A stretch of 63,415 bases of DNA, counting the filler, from Folioceros fuciformis (taxonomy: Eukaryota): NCBI GenBank assembly GCA_049999805.1. It is 8 parts of 8 records of this genome, joined end to end, with 100 filler letters (N's around TTAATTAATTAA, not from the genome) between each part and the next. Parts side by side here need not be neighbours in the genome. Positions count along the whole stretch, not along the records: positions 36,566 to 43,639 come from JBNGIO010003428.1; positions 43,740 to 50,869 come from JBNGIO010003429.1; 6 more parts are not named here. One strand, written 5' to 3'. The translations under genes and the position numbers were made by a program. Numbering within the stretch: position 1 is the first letter of the stretch; each line of letters begins with the position of its first letter. The notes beneath the pieces are model-generated. The model worked only from the letters and a program-made list of their open reading frames with translations, was not told where the DNA came from and ran no database searches. This document shows, piece after piece, positions 36,566 through 50,442 of the stretch.

Positions 36566-38947
36566 ATGCATTCTGTGAAGGACCCCATACATCAGAGTGT
36601 ATCAATTGCAAACGTCTCGAGCTGTTCTGCACATGTCGCACAAATGGAAACCTTGATTGTTCTCAAAATTGACATGCAGAACACACATGATCAAGATCAG
36701 CATACTTGAACTTGGGCAATCCTTCCACCACATTTTTCTGTTGCATAGATTTCAGCTTCTCTATGTTCACATGCCCAACCCTCTTATGCCATATTTCAAC
36801 ATCACGTATGGCACTTGCATCATTTGTAAACATTGCTGCATTTAGCTCTGAAATGGATGCATCCAGAGTGAACATCCGTCCATTCCTACTAGTAACCTNN
36901 NNNNNNNNNNNNNNNNNNNNNNNNNNNNNNNNNNNNNNNNNNNNNNNNNNNNNNNNNNNNNNNNNNNNNNNNNNNNNNNNNNNNNNNNNNNNNNNNNNAT
37001 GCAACACATCTTGCAGACTCTTCTGCTGACCATTCGGCATCCTAAGAGGAACAATTCCTCTGTGCTTTATGTCATGTTGTGTGTCATCTCCTGTACACAC
37101 ATGACCATGGGGACCTGCATCCATCTTGTTAAACCACTCACCATGCGGAGTCATGTGGTTTGATGCTCCTGAATCAATGTACCATCTCTCATCATTCTAC
37201 CCATCCTATTCAGAGAGATTTTGCATGGCAAACAACCTATCCTGGTCATTTCCAGCATTACTAGAGGAGGCATAGTTCCCATGCTGCCTTCCTTTTCCTC
37301 TCATGTCTGCTTGCTGCTTAAAGCAGTCCTTGGCAATATGACCAACCTTGCCACAGTAGTAACACTCCTTGTCTCTATTGGAATGGTCATGAGATTGAAA
37401 AGAACCATCTCTTCCTCTTGTGGCTCTACCTGCGCCTCTAAAACTTCCAGATTCTCTTTGGCCTTGCGCATTTCCTCCATGCCAATTGTCTTGCTGATTC
37501 TGCGTGTTCCGAGCATCACCCCGTCCTCGGAATGAACCACGACCTCTGTGGCCTCTCCCACGCTGGTTAGAAAACAACACAGTGTCTCTCCCTTCATATA
37601 TACCTAAACCTGTGTTCAGACCAAGCTTAACTTCCTCATGCAGCAACAAAGCAACCAATTCGTCCCAACTTGGGAACTCAACTCTCACAGAGATTGATGT
37701 GTCAAAGGACTTGTACTCCTTGCCAAGTCCGTTCAGAGTAACTACAACCATGTCATCTTCTGTCACACTTGCACTGATTGTAGCAAGCTGATCAGCTATG
37801 GTCTTCACCTCTGTTGTATACACAAGTATGGATTTAGTACCTCGTGACACTTTGTTGAACTGCTGCTTCAACTGGATTTTCCTAGCATGCGTGACATTTC
37901 CATAGTTCCTCATGAGTATGTCCCATGCATCCTTCAGAGACTCACATCCCGTGATCTGTATGACCATAGCATATGAAATGCTTAAGGAGAGCCAGTGTAA
38001 CACTTTACATGCTCTCTCAGTCTAATGCTTGTGAGCAGTCTTTTGCTCTTGTGATGGAGTACGATCCATCTCTGGTTCACTCTCATCACCTATGCAGAGG
38101 TCCCAATAGCCTCTACCCACCAAGAAGTTCTTCATCCTGAACTTCCACAAAGCAAAATTCTTATTATCCAACTTCTCTCCCACGACCTGAGAGATATTGT
38201 CTGATCCCTGCACATTAGCCATGATTCAGGCTCCTTTACGCACCAACACTTGTCCTGCAACTCCCTGCACTGCTGTAGAGCTCTAGCACTCCACAAGCCT
38301 CAATCAAATCTCAACAATTCCTGAATGTGCAGCTGACTCTTCGCTAAGCAAAAACAGCCTTTGCTCAAGCTTTCAAAAACAAAAAAAACAAAACACTGTT
38401 TGCCAAGTTCAGGCCTTCCTCCTCGCAAATCCTGAGCCTGCTGTGGCTTCCACTGCCTGGTTGCCTCCAGTAGTTGCTGCTCCTCTTGAGTCTCTCTCCC
38501 TCTTGCGCCTCTCGCGCGCTCCTTCGCCTATAGCGCCTGTTGCGGCTTCCTACGCCGCCTACGCCGATGCAACTCCTGCGCCTCTCAATGGCTTGTGTTG
38601 CCAGCCACCTTCACGCTCACAGCCATAGCCTCAAACCCCCGCCATAGCTACAATGGCCGCCGGCACTCTCTCTGGTTCTGATACCATGTTGAAATAGCAC
38701 CACAGGCTTAGAAGGACTCCACTGTTCCTTACTTATGGTGCACAGGATGCTACATATATAGCCTTCAGGCGGGGCAATCCTCGATAAGGTAAGCCTTAGT
38801 CTCGAGGGTGCAAAATCCTAGTATATCCTAATATATCCTAATAACACTTAGGTGATCGATAACGACGAGTTCAATATGGGATAATCTACATTATCCTAAG
38901 TGTTGTATGCTCTTAATAACAATACAATTAGAGCTTGATTTCTAACA
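36566..38947 (-). mobile_element. Ty1/Copia retrotransposon 5' half (LTR 38687-38947, PBS, gag, protease, start of integrase), with in-frame stops
   Basis: LTR TGTT..AACA; PBS TGGTATCAGA at 38677-38686 (-); gag NFALWKFRMKNFL; CYYCGKVGHIAKDC knuckle; WYIDSGASNHMT; WHKRVGH; LIHSDVWGP. Confidence 0.93.
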
Positions 38948-39559
38948 AGTAGGACGCCGGAAAAAGTAACTAAGCAAAAAGGCAACCCTTGCTCAGTTCA
39001 CCTTACGGTGACGAGGAAGATTCAGGACACTTACTTGCACTTGGTTAAGTTAGGAGATAAGGGAGAGCTGCTTCCTATCCTCATTCTAGTGCAGTAGCTT
39101 CACTTAGGGCAGGAAAGGATTTTTGCAGCATTGTCATCCGGAGGTGTTCTTGTGAGCAAGGAAGGCAAGGAGGTGGAGTTCTTCAGGGGGGTATATCAGA
39201 CGGGTGAGCATTACTTTGCTGATATCCATCTAAAATAGGCAAGTGGTCCAACTATGCCGCTTACCCCCGAGTGGAGGTGGTCCCTGGACGTGCTGTGGGA
39301 GAAAATGGTACTAAGATCCTAATGATAGCAATGGGAGACCCTGATAGGTTCACAAGAGATCGGGGCAGAAAGAGTACCCCTGTCATAAGAAAATCTGAAC
39401 GACTTCAAAGAATGTCCCTTGACCTTAAAGCTAATAACCAGCTGCCTCGGTCTAGGCTCATGTCTGGGGTTAGGGTGCCTAAACTTGCTGCGGTCAGGAG
39501 ATTCTCAAGCAAGACCGTATAAATGGGTATTGATACCCTAAAGAACTGTGAGAGGGGGC

Positions 39560-42500
39560 CACACCTGCAAATCATTTCATGGAATGTTAGAGGCTTGGGG
39601 GGTTGGTCCAAGACGGCCTTGAAGTGTAGGAGACTGAAGCACTTGTTAGAAGAAGAGGTTACTTGGGATATTATTTGACTACAGGAGCATAAACTTTCTA
39701 CGGAGCATATCCAGAGAGTGAAGAAGGTTTTCCTTCCAAGTAGAACAGAATGGGTGGCAACTGAAGATGTAAACAATGGGGGACAATCAACTCAGCGAGT
39801 ATCAGCAACCCGGGAAGACGTGTTCATTACTGTTCACCCGGAACACACTTACAATATCTTGGAGACGGGCCACAATGAAGGTGGAAGGTTTGTGTGGCTG
39901 GTGATGCAAACACCCCAAGGCCCACTTGGCATATGTAACATCTATGCTCCCAATGCTGCCACCAAGAAGAGCAATCTCTGGTGCAGGTTGGGGGAACATC
40001 TGGATGAGCAGATCCCATGGATGCTGGCTGGGGATTTCAACTTTGTTGAAAGACAGAAAGATATTCGAGGGGAGAGCCCTGTAGATATTCGGTCGGTGTC
40101 TATGTCTTGGCAGGAGCTAAGAGATACCGTCTTGGCTGTTCAGGACCCATGGTTAGCCCTCCTAGTGCATCGTCAACCACAATCATTGAAGTTCAGCTGG
40201 ACTAACCAACAACAGCAAAATTTGGGAGCGCGTAGACTAGACAGGTTCTATGTTCCTTCTGGGTGGATGGCTTGTGTGTAGGCATACAGTATTCTCGCTG
40301 GTACGATCCCTTCTAACCATCATCCAATTAGCCTGCACTTGAGGCTTGAGCCGGACTCGGGGCGGCAAAGGAGGCAGATGCAAAACTTTCGGATGAACAC
40401 GTCCTTGCTCAAGGAGAAGGGGGTGTTTGAGGACGTCAAAAGCATTTGGTAGGGAATAGAACAGGGAGAAGAGCCTGTTGTCTCCAAGTTGATCTGTGCT
40501 AACAGCGAAGCAACTAGATACTTGAGGAGACGGGGGGTCCAACAGGCGAAGGAGTTGCGTCAACATGAATGCTTTTGGAGAGAGGAACTAAGCTGGTTGC
40601 AAAGGAAAGGGGAGGAGTGAGACTTCACAATCGAGGAAGCAGCCCGGAAAACGGAGGTAGAATGCGCGTTGGCCAAGTTGGAAGAAGACATAGCTAGAGG
40701 CTGGTTTAAAATGGCTAAGGTCAAGTGGGTGAGGGAAGGGGACGGCCCGTCTAAGTTCTTCTTCGATACGGTGCTAATCGGCACAGGTCGAGAATTCCTG
40801 CTCTTCCAGACTCCAAAGGAGTGATGCAAGAGTCGCTGGAAGGTTTAAAAAAGCTCATAGAAGCTAAGGTATTTTTTGTAAAAAAATACCCATAGCTGAG
40901 GAAGTACTCCAGGCTCTGAAGGGGATGCCGAGGAATAAATCCTCGGGGCACGATGGTACTCTGCTCGAGTTCCTGCTTTGGGGTTGGGAGTTTATGGAGC
41001 CTTTATTCATGGAGGCTATGGCCATGATCTGGGAAGAGGGCAACATGGGGAGTTGGTTTAACATGGGGGTCATCACCCTGCTCCCTAAGCAGGACGCCAG
41101 TCTATCAATTTCCAATTGGCGCCCAATCACGCTGCTTACAACTACGTACAAGGTGATAGCCAAGGTACTGGCCAACCGCATCAAGCCTTTTAAGGACGAT
41201 TGGATTAAGAAAGAGCAGAGGGGGTTCATCCAAAATCGATGCATTCTAGACAACCTTCTACTCTTGCGGGAAGCTAAGTATAATGTCCAGGTTCAGAAGA
41301 AAGCTGCAGTTGTCATCTCCCTGGACTTTTGCAAGGCTTATGACTCCATTGAGTGGCACTTTTTGTGGAGATGCTTGCGTAGCTTTGGTTTCGGGAATAA
41401 CTTCTGTAGGTGGATTGCCATTTTGTGTAAAGACGCAGGAGCCAAGGTGGCCATCAATGGAGCTTTTTCGGAGCGTTTTGGCATTCATCGGTCAATACGT
41501 CATGGGTGCCCCCTAGCTCCATTTTTATTTATTATCGTGACTGACTTCTTTCTTTGGGCAGTTAAGCAAGACCAGGCAGTCGAGTTCGCAATCCGGATGA
41601 ATCGCAATTAAGGGTCTCGGCTTTTGCTTCTTTTTTCCTCAGCAGAGGAGACCTCTTTGAATGCTTTGCTCCGGCAAGTCGAGGTTTTTGGGGAGCTGTC
41701 GGGTTGCAAGGTTAATTGGGGGAAGACCCGCATGATGTGTCTACCCACGGAAGGGGAGCTGGCTCGATGCATCCGCCATATCCCGAGGGTGTTGCAAGGG
41801 TCCACTCACAAGTATTTGGGACTTCCCTTCCACGAAGGGGATAAGAACGGTGAGATAGGGAAGTATGTGTTCCTCAGATTCATTCGTAAAGTGGCGAGCT
41901 TGCAGATGTTGGAATGTAACCTCGCAGGAAGGTTAGTGGTGATTAACCATATCCTAACAGCCTCTCTTTGGTATTATTTGTTCTTGTGGGCCCCCTCTAA
42001 GGCAGAGGTGAAGAGGCTGCAACAGATGTTGACCTCATTCTTGTGGAAACGTGCGGGGGACAACTCAGCGGGGTGCTCTAAGGTGGCTTGGCATCACATA
42101 ATTCAGGCACTATGTTTGGGGGGCCTAGGGGTGGTTGACCCGGTTGCCAAGATGAAAGTCTTGCATGCTCAGTGGGTTGTCAGGGCGGCGGATCCTGCCT
42201 ACTACCCTTGGAAGAGCCTGCTAACACAACATCTGGAGTGCACGCAAGCTGTTCCTTGGGGAAGGAGATCTATTGACAACATCCTTGTAGACAAACCTTT
42301 ACATGATACTGCAGAGTGCTCCCCACTCTTCAAGTCAATCTGGAGCAGCTACTTAGAAGTTAAGCGGTACGTTATCGTAGGTAACCCCATGCATGTTGAT
42401 GACGTTCTTGGATTACCTCTGCAAGGATTCTCGAGACTGTGGGCTCAAGAATTTAGGGCCAAGGTGTATCGGTCACAAATCTTTGGTCTGGCTTGTTGAA

Positions 42501-43639
42501 AAGGAGTTAGCCAACTTGGTCACTTATGGAACAGATCAGAGGCCCATTGGAAAGAGGTGGCGGAGGTCAAGGAAGAATTTGGGTTAGTGGTTAGACATGT
42601 TAGGCTCATTTTTTCATGGCTGCAAGAGGGACTAGAGGAGAAGGTTCAACAGGTTTTAAGGCAGCAACCTACCCTGGACGCTAAGGGGTGGTATACGTAC
42701 TCCATGGGTAGTAAGGATGCAGACTCTGAGGAGGATGACCTGGAATTGGATAGGGCTATTTGGTTTTTAGGTACAGCTGACAAAGAAAACGTGCGAACAT
42801 TCAAGGTCATATCGCCCGAAGGGCTTTTGGAAAGTCAAGGCAGGAACGATGGTAATATTCGAAGAGGGGAACTACGGGCCATCACGGTCCTCTCTAAGTC
42901 TGGTCGTGTAGGGCAGTGGTTCCGACTTGCGGAGAATTGGGATTTGGCATTAAGACCATATCTCTACAAATGGCCTAGGTGCCCAGGATGCAAGGCGGAC
43001 AGCCTTCAATCGTTCTTCAACTTCCCAACGGCCAACATATTCCTCTGGCTGGTGTGAGCGCAGAAAATCAGACAAAGGCAACCCATGGCTCCCCGGCTAT
43101 AGCTGTCTGTGCGGCGACAAAAGGAAGCTATCAAGCTACTTTGGAAGTCAGACGAAATTCCCCCAAAGGTTAGGACGACAGTTTTGTGTTTTTTCAAGCT
43201 TGTTTGCCTAATGCGGATAGATGGGATGGGTTGTTGGTTGCTACGGGAGAAGACCAGTGTCAACTGTGCTCCTCGAGTGCTCCCAACAAAAGTTAGCACA
43301 TGTTCTTCTACTGCAGCTTTGCCCAGAAGATATGAAGTGAAGTGGGCAGGTGGTTGCACAGAATTCTTCCAGGCACCAACCTCAGGATCACGAAACAAAT
43401 TGCCCTCTTTGGGTTGGATGCAACCTCGGGCAAAGATCTACTTCCATCTCAATGGTGGGAGTTACTGTGGTCTTCTTGTCTTTTCCACCTTTGGGTCAAG
43501 TGGTATTTTGTGGTCTATGGTGGTTCGCTGCCTGTCTCATCTAAAGCTCTGCTTTGGCGCATCTAGGAGCACTCATTGATTGCAGCAAAAGGTCTGAGGC
43601 AGTTGTCAATAGGATCGACTCCAATCTACGTGCAAGTGT
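39560..43639 (+). mobile_element. Decayed L1-like LINE ORF2 (APE endonuclease, RT, C-terminal Zn-binding region)
   Basis: ISWNVRGL, LQEHK, NIYAPN, GDFN, RLDRFY; NWRPITLL, LDFCKAYDSIEW, RHGCPLAPFLF, KYLGLP, GGLG; several stops and frameshifts. Confidence 0.93.
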
Positions 43640-43739
43640 NNNNNNNNNNNNNNNNNNNNNNNNNNNNNNNNNNNNNNNNNNNNTTAATTAATTAANNNNN
43701 NNNNNNNNNNNNNNNNNNNNNNNNNNNNNNNNNNNNNNN
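43640..43739. other. Artificial scaffold-joining linker
   Basis: N44-TTAATTAATTAA-N44. Confidence 0.97.
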
Positions 43740-45590
43740 AGGCCGCACAGAGCAGTGCAGTGCAGAGCAGATCAGGACAGGGCAGCCCAGTGCGGTGCAG
43801 TGCGGAGGATGAAGCCGCTCCCAGAGAGCGCAGCGACCACCACCCGGGCTGCAAGATGAGCGATTGAAGCGACTGTGAACGAGGTTGGGCCCGAGGCAGT
43901 TTTATGTCCCGGGGAGAGGGCAAGCCGCGATGGCGAGGCTGGCACGCCCCAAAATTACAGCCTTCGCAGCAGTCGCCGAGTCCGAGACCAAGCCACGGCC
44001 CGTTCCCGTCCCCGATCCCGGTGGCTTGCTGTGGCCAAGGCCCAGGCCCAGGCCGTCGTGCCGTGCAATCCGCGTGGCTTGCCACATGCGGCGAATCCCC
44101 CAGTTTCGCCAATGCCAGCCGGAGTACAGTACACGCAGGGAGCGTTAACACACCTCCCTGGCCTGGCCTGGCCTGGCGCCTCCTTCCGCGATGCCTCCTT
44201 TTGACTCGAGCCACACCTTCCTGCGGAGAGTGCTGCTACGGGGGTCCGCAGCCCGCCCATGGGACCACGTCATTGACCCGAGGCCCGCCCTATGCCCTAT
44301 TTTTATTTCCTTTTTTTTTCCCTTCCTGGAACCCGTCAACCGGCTTGGGCTGCGCATTGAACCGGGCGGCCAATCACGGGCTCCTCCTCTCTCCGGCCAT
44401 CTGGGGAAGGTTGCAACGGAAGCGCTACCCCCCTGCTGCCCTGGGATCTCAATCCTATGAACGCATGTGCTGTAGATCCCAGCTTCAACCGTGCAGGGGA
44501 CCGTGCGCGTCTGCTCATGGAGCAGGAAACAATCCATTAAACCAAGCTAAGCTATGCCATATATGTACATGTGTGTGTACGCATGTACTGTGTACCACCC
44601 TTGCAAATGAAGGGCCTTTCCTTCCTGTAAGTAATCTAGTGGTCAATCCTTTATTGGGTTGGAGGAAAGCGTTCACCGTCAGCTTTTCATCGCAACAATG
44701 GGTACAAACCGAAAGTTCCAGACTGGCGAGCTCAATTCCCGGTCGGCGTCGGGGGGCACTTACCACCGGACTCCGTCTGCAAGTCATCATCATTTTCTTA
44801 GAATGTCTTGACATTCACGTTAAAGTGGAAAACAGAACCCCAGAAAAGAACAGCGCAGGGCAGAGCAGAGTGCATCGCCTCAGCATCTCATTCTTCCGCG
44901 CGGTAGCGTGAGAGGAAGGCAAACGGTGCGGGTGGTGGTACATACGCACCTGACCTCTCCTACCGGTGGTGGGCCCCTCCATTCGGGGTCGCTTTGGTTG
45001 CAAGCCTTGCGTGGGTGTCCGGCTCTGGCTCCGATTCAGGTTCCGCGCCTGGTGCTGCGTGGGGTCCCCGTCACGGCCCTCCACGATGCTGGAGAGCAGG
45101 TGGGGATTGCGGACGAGGACTTCTTCGGCTGGACTCTGCTGCTCCCTCTTGCGCTCTTCACGTCCTCTCTCCTCCAACTCCCGAGCGCCAGCAGGGGCCA
45201 CCGGCCAACTGTCATGGCATGCACGCTGTCTGGGAGAACGGACCATTTGCTCATTCTGCACTGTGCTGCTGGACTTGTTGGACGCCATAGCCGCCTCCAT
45301 CTATGTGCATAACTGGCACGGACACATAGGAGATACTGTATTGCTGAAATGAGGCACACAGTCACTGCTTCCTCGCAATCACTACCAGGCTCGGCCCAGG
45401 CTGCATCCATCCATCTGGGTTTGGAGTGCAAAGGTACAGCCGCTGTCCAGCAGGGCGCGCGCCTGTACGCACCCTGCGCAGTTATGGCACTTAGTATACA
45501 TACATACGCACATGCGCAAGTGCAGGTAGCCTGCCAGGGCCAGCTGTAAGCTTGGAATGTATGTACATACACGCACATCGGCCCGCTGCT

Positions 45591-47116
45591 TCACTCCAGA
45601 AACCTCTCCCTGAACCTCTTGTCCGATACGCGGCAAGTTCCGCTCTTGCCGAACAGGCTGTACCTGTTTTGTGCCACAGCGTTGTACAGGGAATCGCGTA
45701 TGCTCCTGGCGGCAAAACAATCACCCCCATAATCAGCATAACAGCTGTTGCAGACCTGTGCAGGAGCTGGGTGGTGACGGGGAAAGAGTTCTTTACAGAG
45801 GTGCCGATGTGGCCATGTCAGCTAGGGGCAGCTTCAACAATTTTCCCACCTGAACAATGCCCTCTGTTTTTTCGTAAGACCTGCACGCGGCCGACTCCGG
45901 ACACATTAGCAGGCACGTTTTTTTTATTTCGGTTTTCTGCACTGATGAGCACGGAGCGGCGGGGAGTCTGTCTTACTTGTCCTTGAAGGCAACCACCACG
46001 CTATCCAAGTAATCTGCAGGACGCCCCGATCTTACGAGTAACGCCTTCCCTGCATCGCTTTGGAGCGCTGCAAACCGGAACAGTCTGCAGCAAAGTCCAC
46101 AACACATACACACATGCGATGCAGCACTTGTCTGAGACCTGCGGAAGGCACAACCTACCTGCCCCAGATTCGGTGTGGAAAGCTTTGATTCGGTGTGGCG
46201 ACTAAACTACTGAAAGACCGAAAGACCATGAAACCTAATCAAACAGGAGGGAGACTGCTATACCCTTCCGAATCCCTGTCGAGCACAAAGTTGACGGTTC
46301 CGTTGCACATGTTGCAAACGCCTGTGCGAGAGTTTCGAAACCACACGTTTACCAAAATGTTAGAATACTCCCGGAGACAGAAACAAACGAATCTGGTCTA
46401 CACTGTGGCTCCACCAACCCCAAGCTTCAGCCAGCGCGGAGGCAGCATCAGCATACCCTAACATGATGCATCATCCAAGGTACACGGAGGACTGAGCTTG
46501 CAATTTCCCAACCCTTGGGCGCGCAATCCCTAAACTGATAGCACGACACTCGACTGCCTCACATACGCAGCAAAACATTGAACCAAGAACAGCGTTCGAA
46601 CCACCTACAGCTAACTGTCCCCAGACAGACATTCCACTCAACACACGAGCATTAGAAGGAGGGTTCTGTCACACTCCGACCGGCAAGGCAAGAATCAACC
46701 AATTCCAGAAAGCTTGCAGCCCCGTACAAGTTGCAAGGCACAAAACTGTCAAGAAGCCAAGGGTTTGTCTAAAGCTTACACAAACCCTTGGCATACGCCA
46801 AAAATTCACGAAGAAGCTCACCATCATACAGTATCACGGGCCTCGAATCATTCGCAAAGTAAGCATCCCCTTTTTCCCGCAATTGCTGCTCCCATGACAC
46901 TTCCGGAACCGCACCTGTCGAGCTGATCCTAACCTGTGCGCTGCTTCTAACCGGGAAGACTTGCTTCACAGAAGCGCTCAGGGACGGGTGAACAATGCTC
47001 CAACTCCCTCTCCGATTCGCCAAACGGTTTAAACATGCAACTTCACGGGCAAAACTTCGGGGGCAACATCCAACAAGCACAGACTGCTTGCACGACGGAG
47101 GTGCAAGCTGAGCCAT
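45591..47116 (-). CDS. DCC-family (DUF393) thiol-disulfide oxidoreductase, likely plastid-targeted, 5 exons
   Basis: Spliced RPVILYDG|VCNMCNGTVNFVLDRD / FRFAALQSDAGK / SYEKTEG..APL / SIRDSLYNAVAQNRYSLFGK..RFRERFLE*. DxxCxxC motif. The start could instead be 47131. Confidence 0.9.
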
Positions 47117-48199
47117 AATCCCAGGCACCATCACCAGAGCACACCTCGGAATCCTGCTCAATTTCCACAAGCAGAGCACCGCTGCAACGGGAAACAATTT
47201 CTTCACCAAGCCTACTGCTCCTCGCAATTCCAACGGGGGGCCTGCAGCCGGGAAATGCTTCAAACTTGGAGATTCTGCAGACTCGAAGCCTGTCCACATG
47301 TTAGCATCGTTGCATCCAGCTTTCATTTGCAATCACACAAAGCAGACAACCCTTAAAATTAAATCAACTGTATTAAGCTTGATATATATTCTAAATCATG
47401 TTGAAGTGCATTACATCGTGAGAGTTAGGATTCTTTATTTTGGAAACGAAGTGGAACACTCGCATAGCCCAGCACGTGGACAGCAATCCTTACAAGGCGA
47501 AAAGAAAAACAATAAAGGAAAAGTGCATAGATAATAAAAGCTGTGCTTTGCGTTAGGCTTACACCAAGGTTAGGTAAGGTTCAAGAGGAGTGGAGAGGTT
47601 TCTAGGATATGAACAACATCCCTAGCTATGATTTGTATAAAATCCAAAGATGGGTGGCTCATCAATTAATCAATGAGAGGCTAAGTTTCAAGAAGACTAG
47701 AATGAACATTCCCTTGCTTGTATTATTGCTTTTCTGTAAAAAATTTCTTATTAGTCTATATGTAAAGGACATTAACCACTATGGTGTATTAAATGTCAAT
47801 GAGTGTGGGAGATTAAGGCTACTTTGACCTATAACAGGTTGACCTTAGGTCAAGTGGATTATTCCCTTATATCGATGCTGCAATATTGTACCTAGCCTAC
47901 CTACTTGATGGTTAGTTAAGCACAAAGCATTGGCCAATATGGCTTCTTTGAACAAGTATGTCAACCGGCTTCTTCGACATTTGTGGTAGCTAGGCTTTTT
48001 GTTATTCCACATAATGACATTTGTTTTTGTATTTTCTATTATTGAAAAGAGGTAGAAAGTTCCAAGTACAAAGATTGGAGGAATAACTAGCTGAGGGCCA
48101 AAGGCCAAAAGGGATATCAACCCCCTCCCTTCAAATATCATTCTAAAAAACTACCTACTGCTCCCAAAATGTCATGATGTGTAATAACGAAAAGGCCTA

Positions 48200-49860
48200 C
48201 CAACCACCGATGCCGAAGAAGTTGCTTGACTTGCGCTTGTTGCTGTTGTAAAAACGGCGTTGGCCAATACTCTTTCCAAAGCAATGCAATGGATACGCAT
48301 TGTCAAAAGAAGGCTACCATAGAGAAAAGAGGGATAACACCATTCCTATGACTTTGAAAAACCTTGGCGCATTCCTTCATAAACCTTGAAAAGTCATTGC
48401 TCATAGCCCCATGAGTCTCAAGAGCAAGGGGGATGAAAGTAGGCCCATCTTGTAGGGGAGAATACTTTATGGACTTTGACGCTTGCACAACCTTCCACCC
48501 CTGAACAAAGGGCGTTGATGATGAGGGGCTCGCAAATTGAATTCCTCGGAGACTTCGTAACAACTACAGTGACACAAACCAATTCCGCCCTAGTGGAAAA
48601 AAAATTGGCCTTAAGTGACACCCTGTCGCTCAAAGTATATAGACGCTCCCTATATAGAAGAAACCCACACTCCCTAGCCATTGAGAACATGATATCTTGA
48701 ACTACATCATGTGTGGTAATGCGGTGCCCCCTAATGGGACAACGTGCCGAATGGTACCCTATATCGACAATGGTAACCCACAACTGTATGTAGAGAGAGA
48801 AAAAGCCAAGGGGTGGGCTAAACCTAATCGAAATCTCATCGCAGTGGCGAAAGTGGCTGGTGTGATTCAAAACACCTAGATGCAAGGTTGAGCCAAACGC
48901 TAAGAGCCCACTCCTTTACCGGAACAAGAGTGAATACGAGCCCGAGAAGACCTATGGATGGACGAGTCCAAAAGAAGAGCTCTTAGTGCTTGGCCGTTTT
49001 GCTTTTCTAGGAGGGAGGCTTGGAGGACCCCTCAACCCTTTCCTAGAAAAGAATGTGAAGGAGATAGAGCCTCACGAGTCTCCAAAGGTAAAGAATCCCT
49101 TATTGGCCTAAGAGATACCTGTAAAGGGAAAACGCCCTCCTCCACGCCTAAGATAAAATCTTCAAGAAGAGGGGAATCTTGCAGCAAAATACGAGAGACT
49201 AAAATTAGAGTCTGTGACAATCCGAGACGATTTTGGGATCTAGATAGATGTAGTTTGGATTAGACAGATTAGTGAGCAAATGCTCAATACATTGGGATTG
49301 TGCCCAAGTGTTGCGTGTGAGTAACCGTCTCAATGTCGGTTTGCTAGAATGCTTATTCGACATCTAGCTTATTATATGTAAACACGAACCGTGCCCTAAG
49401 TGCTAGCGTGCTACATAACTTAAGAGAGTTGAGAGGACATAGCTATCGAGAAAGGCAACTGGGGCAAAGGTCTCCAAGGCCGAAAGGCCAACCCCTTTCA
49501 AAGGTGACAGGCAAGGAAGCCTGCTTCGAGCTAAATCACCAATGACATTCTCGAAGGTGCCAGGACCTATGATATCCCCAAGAGCTTGCATAACTTGATT
49601 GTCAAACTTCCTAAGACTTGATGAGAAAACTGGAGAAGGCACAACAATTCTAGTAAGGTAACTTGGTTGCCAGGCAAAACAATAAGAAAGAATGCCAAAT
49701 GCAATATGAGGATGACTGATTTGAGAGAGGTCCATGATATGAGCCAAATCTTCATCCAACGCTACATCCACATACTTATGAACAAATCAGAAGGTCACAC
49801 AGAAACACCCAAGACTTGAAGTCCCTGCCAGACGGTGATATCCTACCATCTAGGGAAGAA
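48200..49860 (-). mobile_element. Decayed non-LTR retrotransposon with restriction-like endonuclease (CRE/SLACS-like), post-RT and RLE region
   Basis: GVGLSALETFAPVAFL; HSARC..HRITTHDVVQD CCHC-like knuckle; K..KY..FIPLALETHG; many stops. Confidence 0.7.
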
Positions 49861-50241
49861 AAAGAACAAAATTTAAGCATGCTTGTCTCTCGAGTCTCAA
49901 ACAAGGCGATCTAAAAAAAGACTATAAGCAAGGCGAATATCATCATGTTAGCGCCTAGGGCGACGTCGGAAGGGACGAGGAGATGAAAAATGAGTATGGA
50001 AAAAAAGCCAACAAGTGATTAGATTGCCCTTGAAGCCATGACCAAGCCTCTGGGAGCGGCCCTGGATTTGTTAGAAGAGGATTGGTAGCTGGTTCGGAAG
50101 AAAAAACAAGTAACACTCGTGCCACCCAATTGGTCCTGTAGAAGTTCTTATGCTTATGACCAATATAGCATATTGTCCTCTTGACCTTGGAATAAAGTTG
50201 ACAACACACTAAGCAATAGGCAAGGGTGTCTTTGACAGGGT

Positions 50242-50442
50242 AAAGGTTGGGTGTCACGCACAAAAGGTTGGGTGTCNNNNNNNNNNNNNNNNNNNNNNNN
50301 NNNNNNNNNNNNNNNNNNNNNNNNNNNNNNNNNNNNNNNNNNNNNNNNNNNNNNNNNNNNNNNNNNNNNNNNNNNNGGGTAAAGGTTGGGTGTCACGCAC
50401 AAAAGGTTGGGTGTCACGCACAAAAGGTTGGGTGTCACGCAC
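50242..50442. repeat. 21-bp tandem repeat (AAAAGGTTGGGTGTCACGCAC) spanning a gap
   Basis: Units on both sides of the N run 50277-50376. Confidence 0.9.

Noticed and set aside
43904-44911. 335-aa GC-rich ORF
   Set aside because: No domain; composition typical of a chance ORF.
50242-50442. Tandem 21-mers (also 57553-57672) as CRISPR-like arrays
   Set aside because: Head-to-tail repeats with no unique spacers, no cas genes, eukaryotic context.
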